Positions 1 through 7,737 of a stretch of 64,000 bases of DNA are shown piece after piece (the first letter of the stretch is position 1; each line of letters opens with the position of its first letter). Both the position numbers and the translations under genes were made by a program. This DNA is from Bacteroidota bacterium (GTDB taxonomy: Bacteria > Bacteroidota > Bacteroidia > Bacteroidales > UBA4417), in NCBI GenBank assembly GCA_022711175.1, contig JAKLFM010000006.1:8720-72719 (forward strand), read 5' to 3'. The notes under the pieces are model-generated. The model saw only the letters and a list, made by a program, of their open reading frames with translations, did not search any database and was not told the DNA's origin.

Positions 1-333
1 TTTGCGGATCATCTCTGCTATGGGGAAATTTTTAGCCCAGGGGAATGCGGCTTTTAGTGATTCTTCATGACGCAGACGAGCCTGATATTCATCATAACTA
101 CGCTGATTATTTATCCAGAAATTAGCAGGAATGCGTGTGACATTTTCGAATTGGACGGCCATATCTGCCGTGATGGAGCTGGCACCATTTATGACAGCGA
201 TAATTGTCTTTTCAGGTTTGCCTGAGCGTAGGGCAAATTCCTTTGGACCCATTCCCATTTCTTCAAGTTTCTCAGCGAGGGTTTCGCCAGGGTGTGAAAC
301 AGACTGCGGAAAATATTGATTTTGTTTTTCCAT
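1..333 (-). CDS. higA: HigA-family XRE/HTH antitoxin, partial (3' end lies beyond the window start)
   Basis: This ORF is absent from the ORF track because it is open to the window edge. My translation of the minus strand from the ATG at 333-331 gives MEKQNQYFPQSVSHPGETLAEKLEEMGMGPKEFALRSGKPEKTIIAVINGASSITADMAVQFENVTRIPANFWINNQRSYDEYQARLRHEESLKAAFPWAKNFPIAEMIRK (111 codons, no stop). It has a HigA-like HPGE.L.E start and an FW.N.Q..YD end around an HTH core. It starts 11 nt downstream of the higB stop. Confidence 0.75.
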   Translation of the reverse strand, partial: MEKQNQYFPQSVSHPGETLAEKLEEMGMGPKEFALRSGKPEKTIIAVINGASSITADMAVQFENVTRIPANFWINNQRSYDEYQARLRHEESLKAAFPWAKNFPIAEMIRK

Positions 334-344
334 GGTTGGGAATT

Positions 345-677
345 TTAATGGTAGTCTTTGATTTCTAAAATTTCGACGCCGTGTATTTCGAGCCAGATGT
401 ATTTACCGTTAGGATCTGTGGGAATCGGGTCTTCGTGGGGAGTGAATATCAGCCGGTAGGGTTGATCGAGATCACAGGCCCATTTTCCTTTGAGGTCGCC
501 GACCAGTTCGTGGTAATTGCCGGGCAAATCTTTAACATCATGCAGCGTATCGGCAGCATATAACTGAGTTAACCTAAGTTTAAACCTAACTGCCCTGTTT
601 TTGCCCATCATTTTAAGGCGTAACTTGTCATTGTTGGCCAGTTGCTCCAGTTCCTTATGCTTAAAAGTTATTTTCAC
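345..677 (-). CDS. higB: HigB toxin (RelE/ParE superfamily, plasmid-maintenance-system-killer type)
   Basis: 110 aa. The pattern F..K.L..L ... RL..L.....L.D....PGN..H.L.GDLKG.W...L...YRLIF is typical of HigB. The toxin-first order, with an HTH antitoxin immediately downstream, matches higBA. Confidence 0.8.
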   Translation of the reverse strand: MKITFKHKELEQLANNDKLRLKMMGKNRAVRFKLRLTQLYAADTLHDVKDLPGNYHELVGDLKGKWACDLDQPYRLIFTPHEDPIPTDPNGKYIWLEIHGVEILEIKDYH

Positions 678-686
678 TGCAAATAT

Positions 687-701
687 AGTTAAAAATTAAC
701 T
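687..701. promoter_or_regulatory. Perfect 6-3-6 palindrome AGTTAA-AAA-TTAACT, candidate higBA operator
   Basis: Read directly from the sequence: AGTTAAAAATTAACT at 687-701, 10 nt upstream of the higB start codon (677). An extra AGTTAA half-site sits at 715-720. TA operons are usually autoregulated through palindromes that overlap the promoter. Confidence 0.35.
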
Positions 702-742
702 TACAGGAAGTGTTAGTTAAAATAATTTAAGAAAGCTTGATT

Positions 743-1585
743 TTATTTAAGAGGAACTGCTACAAGCTTTTTTCGGTAGACTTCATCCAATGTCTGGCCT
801 TTATCATCTTTCCAGGTATCCCAGCCATTGTTGTTTGATCCTAAACAGTAAACGCTTGCACTACTTGGACTTGTAAAAACCATATCGATATTTAGAATCC
901 ATTTATCATCGTCCTGAATAGCAAATTCTTTCAATCTCCTTTCTCTTTCTTTTGGCCATGTGAATGAAGGAACTGTTTTCTGGGAAAGAATACTTCCTTT
1001 TAAAACAGTAAATCCATTATCATCATAAAAGCCTTTCGCCTGGCATGACTTGCTTTTGATGTAGAACAGATGTTTGTTTATGTGAACAGGAACATCAAAA
1101 ATGGGACAACCCACAAAGGAAGTGAGCAACCTTACATCTTCAAAAAATTCTTCGGTACTGCTCCGCTGGTGCTCAGGAAGATTAGGAGCTTTGGGAATTT
1201 GCTTGTTTTCCGAAATGTTGTAACGTTTGGTGGTTTGGGCGACCGCAACGGCCATGTGTTCGAGATACTGAACATCGGCTTTGGTCATGGCGCCGTCCTT
1301 GCTGATGAATACCAGGGCTTTTTGCCAGAATGTCTTTTTATAATCATGATCTTTGATGCGCTCGGCAAAGTTTTCAGTTTCTCCAATATAGGCTTTGGGT
1401 TGCTGATACTCATCTTCGCCAAGGAGCAGGTAAAAAGCCGGTGATTTCAGTTCATCCCTTTTATTGATTATATCAAGCGATGAGCGGGGGATGAGCATGA
1501 GGCTGCATATTTTATTGCTGATAAAGATATTTTGAACACCTTGTGGATGGCCGTCGAAAAGGTAGGTGGTGATTGTTTTGCCCAT
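743..1585 (-). CDS. GIY-YIG-like N-terminal domain plus DUF4357 C-terminal domain protein
   Basis: 280 aa. The N-terminus has FYLLLGE...AYIGETENFAERIKDH (GIY-YIG-like beta-hairpin and helix). The C-terminus has FTSPSSASVYCLGSNNNGWDTWK, which resembles DUF4357. This architecture is commonly seen beside R-M loci. Confidence 0.7.
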   Translation of the reverse strand: MGKTITTYLFDGHPQGVQNIFISNKICSLMLIPRSSLDIINKRDELKSPAFYLLLGEDEYQQPKAYIGETENFAERIKDHDYKKTFWQKALVFISKDGAMTKADVQYLEHMAVAVAQTTKRYNISENKQIPKAPNLPEHQRSSTEEFFEDVRLLTSFVGCPIFDVPVHINKHLFYIKSKSCQAKGFYDDNGFTVLKGSILSQKTVPSFTWPKERERRLKEFAIQDDDKWILNIDMVFTSPSSASVYCLGSNNNGWDTWKDDKGQTLDEVYRKKLVAVPLK

Positions 1586-1591
1586 GATTAG

Positions 1592-1726
1592 TTATATATC
1601 GAAGTACACATTCAGGAACCCTTCAGGTAATTTTAGCTTAGACACTATGTCCTTTATTATGTCCTTGGAATAGTTTATCATCATGTCCTTCATGGACAAT
1701 ATGACCATGAGATTGACCATGAGCAT
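1592..1726 (-). CDS. Candidate small ORF, Met-rich, no recognisable family (44 aa from ATG 1726; the ORF track gives 87 aa from 1855)
   Basis: The frame is open across both repeat copies. The ATG at 1726-1724 is preceded by AAGGAGGT, with 7 nt between the motif and the ATG. The stop lies 6 nt before the GIY-YIG start. Product: MLMVNLMVILSMKDMMINYSKDIIKDIVSKLKLPEGFLNVYFDI. The composition is low-complexity and SD motifs are weak predictors in Bacteroidota, so confidence is low. Confidence 0.2.
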   Translation of the reverse strand: MLMVNLMVILSMKDMMINYSKDIIKDIVSKLKLPEGFLNVYFDI

Positions 1727-1787
1727 CCTTTTAACCTCCTTTTTAACCTTCTTCATGGACACTATGACCATGAGAATGTCCATGAGC
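1688..1787. repeat. Two-copy imperfect direct repeat with 37-nt cores at 1688-1724 and 1751-1787 and a 63-nt period
   Basis: On the minus strand the cores read GCTCATGGACATTCTCATGGTCATAGTGTCCATGAAG and GCTCATGGTCAATCTCATGGTCATATTGTCCATGAAG, with 3 mismatches in 37. There are seven CATG tetramers between 1682 and 1790. The repeat lies in the 205-nt spacer between the deaminase-fusion stop and the GIY-YIG start. Confidence 0.8.
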
Positions 1788-1790
1788 TTC

Positions 1791-3296
1791 TTATTTGCTT
1801 TCCTTAGAAACATATCTAAAATCATGAGAAGTACTTGGTTTACCATTATCACCAATCAGTCCTAGCATTTTTAATTTTTTTAGCTGGTTTGAGGCTTTCT
1901 TTCTTTCAAACCCAAAATTATCCTCATATTCCTTTCTTGAAATTTCACCACGAGCTTTCACAAAATCAAGCCCTGCAAGTTCTTCATCATTAAGTTGGGA
2001 AAGAACCTCGGTATTATCGAGATTACGAACAGCTTCAGCAGAACGTGGAAAGGTAACAATGAGATCAGGTTCGTCATAAGTTATTATTGGCAGGGGCAAT
2101 TTATACTTGTCCCTCATCTCACGATAGGTATCCATTCCAAATTCAGCTTCCTCCATGAGCCCCATGCGGTTAAAAATCAAAGTCAGTTTTTTGTTCCTGC
2201 TGTATGACTTAGCAGTAAACTTTTGAAGTTTCTCAAGCGTATTGGGGTAAACGGGCAGACCAGGGCTTTTTATAATAATCATATCAGGGTAAATTTCAAG
2301 TTGAATTTTAGCCCCATCAATGGAATAATCTCTGTGAACGATAGCATTTACAATAGCTTCCCGAATAACTACCGGAGGAAAGAAAAGAACCTTTTCCCTG
2401 GTAAATGAGGAACGGTCAAAACTTTCCGGAATTACCTTTTTAACCCATGCTTCAACCTGGTCGGGAATTAAAACCAAGGCATCATCAAAACTTTGAACGT
2501 CACTTTCACCAGTACCATAATAAACCTTAGCTTTAACCGATGCCTGTGGGTATTTATTACGAGGGCTTTTGCCAAAAAGCAGGACAGCATTGCCTGTCGG
2601 GACAAGTGCCTGAGTAGCCTTATTGGTTTCCAGTAAGTCGCTTTCTAATAACTCCTGATAGAACCCGGGAGATTTATACTCCAATTTAAGCCCTGTCTTT
2701 TGCATGTACAATTGAAGGGCTTCATCTGATAAACTATCAATATTGGTATTCAGGGCTTGCTGGTACAAAAGCCCGGGGGCTTTTGCTTCTTCTTCAATTC
2801 TATGGTTTCGTTTCCATAATGCCCAATCATCAAAAGCTTTGTTGATTCGTTTTATCTCTTTTACAAGGTCAGAATCAAATTGTTCAACCTCAATCTTATT
2901 TTTTTGAAGGAAGGATACTCCACCGAAATCATCTTTTAAAGCCAAATCTTCTTCTCCGAACCATACTTTAGCAATCCGGGCATTAACAATACGTTCGGAG
3001 CAGGGAATTTTAGGTGCGTTTCTTGAACCGGGCGAACAGGGTTCAAGTGTTGCAAATAGCCAACACCCATCCAATGGGCGATGCCTGTTTTTCTTATCCA
3101 TTAGCGTATATTCAGCGTGATCCCCTTCACGAAGCTCACCTCTGTGGGCAATTTCAACCTCTCCATCGGGAAAAACCAACACAGCACCAACCATAGGGCT
3201 GGGATGGTCGTCACGTGCCTCTTGCTTAGATTTTTTCATGGCCTCAATTGCCATTGACATATATTCACGAGGTTCTTTTCGATTATCAGCTGCCAT
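1791..3296 (-). CDS. Zinc-dependent deaminase domain (RibD/dCMP-deaminase type) fused to a Schlafen/AlbA_2-family C-terminal module (HATPase_c_4 plus winged HTH)
   Basis: 501 aa. The zinc-deaminase signature is H60-A61-E62 (nt 3119-3111, checked as CAC GCT GAA) and P86-C87...C99 (nt 3041-3000). The context is VGAVLVFPDGEV..HRG before the signature and ARIAKVWFGEED after it. Further downstream are NAVLLFGKSPRNKYPQA, FPPVVIREAIVNAIVHRDY (HATPase_c_4 hallmark, about aa 305-395) and a C-terminal wHTH-like segment (GEISRKEYEDNFGFERKKASNQLKKLKMLGLI). Confidence 0.85.
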   Translation of the reverse strand: MAADNRKEPREYMSMAIEAMKKSKQEARDDHPSPMVGAVLVFPDGEVEIAHRGELREGDHAEYTLMDKKNRHRPLDGCWLFATLEPCSPGSRNAPKIPCSERIVNARIAKVWFGEEDLALKDDFGGVSFLQKNKIEVEQFDSDLVKEIKRINKAFDDWALWKRNHRIEEEAKAPGLLYQQALNTNIDSLSDEALQLYMQKTGLKLEYKSPGFYQELLESDLLETNKATQALVPTGNAVLLFGKSPRNKYPQASVKAKVYYGTGESDVQSFDDALVLIPDQVEAWVKKVIPESFDRSSFTREKVLFFPPVVIREAIVNAIVHRDYSIDGAKIQLEIYPDMIIIKSPGLPVYPNTLEKLQKFTAKSYSRNKKLTLIFNRMGLMEEAEFGMDTYREMRDKYKLPLPIITYDEPDLIVTFPRSAEAVRNLDNTEVLSQLNDEELAGLDFVKARGEISRKEYEDNFGFERKKASNQLKKLKMLGLIGDNGKPSTSHDFRYVSKESK

Positions 3297-3322
3297 AAAT
3301 TGATTTTTTAAAAATTATTTAC

Positions 3323-5086
3323 TTAATCTGCTGCCCATCTATATTCAAATGCTTCCTGACCCAAAGAAAGACCCGTTTTCAATCTTTGATTTACTTCAGT
3401 TCCACCCGGCATCATTGGCAACATTTGAAAATAGTTCCGAATTGCAAAATTTATCCCTGTTAAACAAGTTTTTGCCTTAATCCAATTTTGTGGACTAAAA
3501 ACTTTATTTGCAGGTTGTGTTTCATTCGCAGCTGCTTCCAAAGCCATATTCAAACTACTTCCTGCAATTTTTACAATATCAGTAACAAGATTGTTTGAAA
3601 CTGCTTGTTTAAGACACATACTTGGCGAAGGAACTCTATCAGACAAATTATTTACAATGGAAAAACACATAGAAACTGCATATAGCTGGTGATAAGGAGC
3701 ATATGCTTTCATTGCAAGTAAAGTTTGATTTAAGCCGAGTGGATTATCATTTGACCAAGATTTCCATACTTCTTTCATCCAAATGTTTAAGGCTTGAACG
3801 TCCTCCGGTTTATAATCACGTTTAAAAAGAATTTCAAAATATTTATCGAATATTTTGGTTTCACCATAAGAAATGTTCGGTCTTTGAGAATGCCAGGCTA
3901 TTAAGTATTTTCCAAAATCGGATAAATCTATAATAAAGTTCTTGTCTTTTGAAGCAGGTGAAATTTCTCCTCTTTTTGTGATGAAATATCCATTCGGATA
4001 TTTTAATTCAAATGCTCGTTTTAAATTTAGTATTCTTTTATCATTGCTTCTCAGATCTCTCGGTTTGACTGCACTCTGTGAATTTGTATTTATGCTAATA
4101 CGATCTGCCCGGTCACGCTGTGGTATTTCGTAAAACCTGCACATTACGTATGTCTCATCGAGCTTTTTAACGGTTTCACTACAATTCAAAATCGTATTTA
4201 AAGATTGGCATCCATTGACAACACTTAAACCTTTCATTGATACTTTGGAGTCTGCCAATACCAATTTATTACAAATAGCCGTAATGCCATTATGGAAAAA
4301 GAAAAAGTCTTTATGTTTATCACTGAGGATTGTATTTCGGATTCCTTTATTTACAGCATTACTTGTTCCCAAACTTTGGCGGACATTTTTTTGAAAGAGT
4401 GAACCATCCTTAATACCTGGAAATTTAATGCATTCCTTTAGAGGAACTGCTGCAATAATAACTTGAGTGCCAGCTATTGTTTCTTTTAAATATTTACAAT
4501 CTATCAAATTAAGATCGTAATTTATCAATGGATTATCAACTTCTAATGCTATATCATATCTTCTCTTTATTTCATCATCATCAATAACAGTAATCGTTGC
4601 ATCAAAATCATCTTTTTCAGATATTTCTGATAATTGTTTCTGAAAAGTCTCAAGATCATTCAATGCAGCAGGAGTTAATTTTGATGTTGTTATTAGTTCA
4701 AAATTAATCTCATAATCCTCATCCAAAGCATTTGCCACCTCAGAGAGTTTTCTCTGTAATTTTGAATTTGACACATTTTGCAATCTGACCAAATCGCGAA
4801 TCTGCATCCAGGCAGATAAAACTTCCCTTAGAGGCGTAGCATCTACAAATTCTCCCGAATAGAATTTACCCTGAATGATATTTATAATTGATTTATCATT
4901 ATCGATAACAATTGCATCAATTTGCTTATCATTTGCCCCATCAATAATATCATCTTTAGTTTCATTCATATCTCGTTTAAGGATGGAACGAAGATACCAG
5001 GCAACAAATCTTTGACCATCATTCGGAAAGTATTGTTGAAAAAAATCAGCTTTGATCTGTTCTTTAATTGTATCGTAAATTGTCAT
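3323..5086 (-). CDS. AIPR (abortive infection phage resistance) family protein
   Basis: 587 aa. The N-terminus FFQQYFPNDGQRFVAWYLRSIL...DDIIDGANDKQIDAIVID and the central FFFHNGITAICN...VVNGCQSLNTI match my recollection of AIPR hallmarks. The gene lies 10 nt downstream of res and 26 nt upstream of the deaminase fusion. Confidence 0.75.
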   Translation of the reverse strand: MTIYDTIKEQIKADFFQQYFPNDGQRFVAWYLRSILKRDMNETKDDIIDGANDKQIDAIVIDNDKSIINIIQGKFYSGEFVDATPLREVLSAWMQIRDLVRLQNVSNSKLQRKLSEVANALDEDYEINFELITTSKLTPAALNDLETFQKQLSEISEKDDFDATITVIDDDEIKRRYDIALEVDNPLINYDLNLIDCKYLKETIAGTQVIIAAVPLKECIKFPGIKDGSLFQKNVRQSLGTSNAVNKGIRNTILSDKHKDFFFFHNGITAICNKLVLADSKVSMKGLSVVNGCQSLNTILNCSETVKKLDETYVMCRFYEIPQRDRADRISINTNSQSAVKPRDLRSNDKRILNLKRAFELKYPNGYFITKRGEISPASKDKNFIIDLSDFGKYLIAWHSQRPNISYGETKIFDKYFEILFKRDYKPEDVQALNIWMKEVWKSWSNDNPLGLNQTLLAMKAYAPYHQLYAVSMCFSIVNNLSDRVPSPSMCLKQAVSNNLVTDIVKIAGSSLNMALEAAANETQPANKVFSPQNWIKAKTCLTGINFAIRNYFQMLPMMPGGTEVNQRLKTGLSLGQEAFEYRWAAD

Positions 5087-5096
5087 AATAATGAAT

Positions 5097-7736
5097 TTAT
5101 AGTTGCTTTATCAATTCTTTTGCTTTTTCAACTGTGTATGCTCCATCAATCGCTTTTTTGTCAAAAATCATGAAGTAGAAATAGCCATTACCGGCTAATT
5201 CTGCCCATTTGTTGCCCAGTCTGCATTTGGCTGTGCTATCTGAATTATCACGATCGTCGCCTTTGGTTTCGATAACGACAATTTTGCCTGTTTTGGTTAC
5301 TGCAATGAAATCAGGAAAGTGATTAGACTTGAAGCCGTTGATTGAAAAACCTTTGCCGCGGCCAAGGTTACGATGCCAGAAAGCGATATTGGGCAATGAA
5401 GAAATATCGGTAATAACCGATGCTTCGAAATTGTTCATGGTGCCTTCGCGCTCGTATAATGAATGGCTTATTGACGGGCCTACAGGACCCGGGACAATCA
5501 TATCGGGGAAGCTCCATGCTGGTTGTGTAACAACCTTACCAATTTTGATAAGATCATTGAACCGACCTTCAGCAAAGTTGTCGGCGTGTAACCTTATTTT
5601 GGACTTTATCCGATCAGAATAGCTCCATTTGCGAATTAGCATATCCTGTAGTTGCTCGGAGTTGAGCTGGTGGAGGATGCGTTCGATAAATGCCCTGATT
5701 TCCGGGTCTGGGATTGGATACATGTCGCCAATTAGCTGGACGAGCTGGTGTGAGATGTCTTTAATCTGTCCTTCTTTTGGTTTTGCCAGTATCAATTCAA
5801 CAATAGGGTCTTTGACCTGCATGTCTTCAATTTTAGTAAACCGGGGGGTGTATTCATCTTTTTTGACCTGCTCAATATCAACCTTGTATAAATCGGAAGA
5901 AACCTGTTCGAAATCAATCTTAGTGTCTTCGTTGCTGAGCTTAAAGTTGCCAAGCAATGATTCCTGGTTGAGGAGAATTTTATCGGTACCAAAGATGTCA
6001 CTCTGTAATACCTCTAAGAAAAATTGAGGGAGTTTAATAGCGGAGGCAACTGATTTGTTGGCCTCGACGATTGAATAGCGTTTTACTTTATCACCCATTT
6101 CCTGAAAAATATTTTCGTCAACAGGTTGCTGACTTTGTTTTTCAATGATACTTTCCATTTCACGGTTCTGCGTTTCGGCCATGTCCTGAATCTGGTCGAC
6201 TACCGAATTTGTAATCACTTGGGATTGCTGAACACCCGGAGTGAATGAAATTCGGGAGATTTCGATTTCATCTTCGGCTGCCTGAGTTTTTTCCTGCTCA
6301 GGGAACAGGAAAGCTTCGAGGGGTTTAACCGGTGCCTGCCTGATCTCCGTTTCGGACATCGTATCTTTTTGCCGGTAATCTTTTTCGCTGAAACCAGAAG
6401 CCAGCAACCCCTCCACGATATTCTGAAGCGTTTCGTTGAATTTAGCCGAAGCCGTGAGGACATATGAAACATTGAGCAAGGGAGCCGTGTGTTTTGTTAC
6501 ATAAGGCTGCCTTAATACCCTGCCCAGGATTTGTTCTACATCAACCGCCGATGATTTATCGGCCAGTGATGCAAGGATGTAGGCAAAGGGACAGTCCCAA
6601 CCTTCTTTCAGAGCATTGATGGTGATGATGTACCTTACGGGACAGTCTTTTGAACCGAGTGTGATTCCTTTCAACTCGTCCTTTTCGGCTGTTTTGATTT
6701 TAATTTGTTCTTCAGGAATGCCGACTTTTAATAGCTGTTCCTTCAGTTTATCGAAGGTAGTGTTATCGTCGCCGGTGCGGGGCTGAGCCTGGAAGAGTAC
6801 GATAGGCCGGATATATTTACCTCCGCTGCGCTCTTCTTCTTCGGCCAACAATTCAAGTTTGTGCTGCAAATGAAGGGCGCTGTTGATTACCTCTGTTTTA
6901 TCGTGATGATTGTAAACGATGACCGGAAGTTTCACCATGTGTTCTTTTTTGAGCTCAATGGCAGGCACCAGGCTCACGATGTTGCTGTTATCGCGAGGGG
7001 TGGCTGTGAGGTCCAGAACAAATGACGGATTGAGGGCATTGAGCATTTCGACACTTAGTTCGCTTTCGGCATTGTGACTTTCGTCGACCACGAGCACGGG
7101 CGTAAGACTGCGTATAACGTTGATAAGTGCAGTATCGTCAATATCATCGAGCAGCAATGATTTGTCTTTAAGCTGGCTTGCGAATGGCGCAAGCTGACCG
7201 TTTTCCTGGTACACTTTACGGTCCTCTTTGTTGCGTGCCCGAAGACTGGAAAAGCTCATCACCACAATGGTAAGCTGTTCTTTTACAACCGTTGGATTGA
7301 AATTGGAACCTTGCAACAGGTCTTTCTTTTCGTAAACTTCGACCCGGTTGTTGAAGAGGCTGTTGAGCTTTTGCCTGTATGGGTGATCGGGATTGCTGAG
7401 GTTGTTTACCGTTTGATCGAGCAGGTTGCTCCAGGGAACCAGCCAGACCACAAAACGCGGGACATCGGGCGAATAAGCGGTAAAAATGGAGTGCAACGCA
7501 TTACAGGCAATAAATGTTTTGCCACCGGCGGTTGGTACCTTAATGCATACATGCGGAGCATTGGGTATGGAGTTTTTATAGGGTTGCATCCCGCTACCTG
7601 AAATTGGATTGTAGGGGCCTATCCGATCTTCCCAGTACTTATTAAAAGCTGTATTGGTGGCTTTGTACTTCTGAATATAATCGAGGTACAATTCCAGGTC
7701 TTTTATGACTTTTTGCTGATAAGTTTTTAGTTCCAT
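5097..7736 (-). CDS. res: Type III restriction enzyme Res subunit (SF2 helicase plus C-terminal PD-(D/E)xK nuclease)
   Basis: 879 aa. It has Walker A VPTAGGKTF, motif II VVDESHN and motif VI-like QILGRVLRQP. The C-terminus has PDFIAV...VVIETKGDD, a PD...ExK nuclease core. It lies directly downstream of mod; the mod stop is at 7738-7740 and the res ATG at 7736-7734. Confidence 0.85.
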   Translation of the reverse strand: MELKTYQQKVIKDLELYLDYIQKYKATNTAFNKYWEDRIGPYNPISGSGMQPYKNSIPNAPHVCIKVPTAGGKTFIACNALHSIFTAYSPDVPRFVVWLVPWSNLLDQTVNNLSNPDHPYRQKLNSLFNNRVEVYEKKDLLQGSNFNPTVVKEQLTIVVMSFSSLRARNKEDRKVYQENGQLAPFASQLKDKSLLLDDIDDTALINVIRSLTPVLVVDESHNAESELSVEMLNALNPSFVLDLTATPRDNSNIVSLVPAIELKKEHMVKLPVIVYNHHDKTEVINSALHLQHKLELLAEEEERSGGKYIRPIVLFQAQPRTGDDNTTFDKLKEQLLKVGIPEEQIKIKTAEKDELKGITLGSKDCPVRYIITINALKEGWDCPFAYILASLADKSSAVDVEQILGRVLRQPYVTKHTAPLLNVSYVLTASAKFNETLQNIVEGLLASGFSEKDYRQKDTMSETEIRQAPVKPLEAFLFPEQEKTQAAEDEIEISRISFTPGVQQSQVITNSVVDQIQDMAETQNREMESIIEKQSQQPVDENIFQEMGDKVKRYSIVEANKSVASAIKLPQFFLEVLQSDIFGTDKILLNQESLLGNFKLSNEDTKIDFEQVSSDLYKVDIEQVKKDEYTPRFTKIEDMQVKDPIVELILAKPKEGQIKDISHQLVQLIGDMYPIPDPEIRAFIERILHQLNSEQLQDMLIRKWSYSDRIKSKIRLHADNFAEGRFNDLIKIGKVVTQPAWSFPDMIVPGPVGPSISHSLYEREGTMNNFEASVITDISSLPNIAFWHRNLGRGKGFSINGFKSNHFPDFIAVTKTGKIVVIETKGDDRDNSDSTAKCRLGNKWAELAGNGYFYFMIFDKKAIDGAYTVEKAKELIKQL

Positions 7737-7737
7737 A

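Noticed and set aside
1688-1787. The direct repeat as a possible mini-CRISPR array
   Set aside because: There are only two imperfect copies. The period is a multiple of three, no cas genes are present, and the repeat cores are neither palindromic nor of the usual CRISPR layout.
1592-1790. The His/Gly-rich reading frame as an independent gene
   Set aside because: The frame has no ATG, GTG or TTG start after any of its three TAA stops. It can only matter as read-through or a decayed tail, so I reported it as an observation rather than a CDS.
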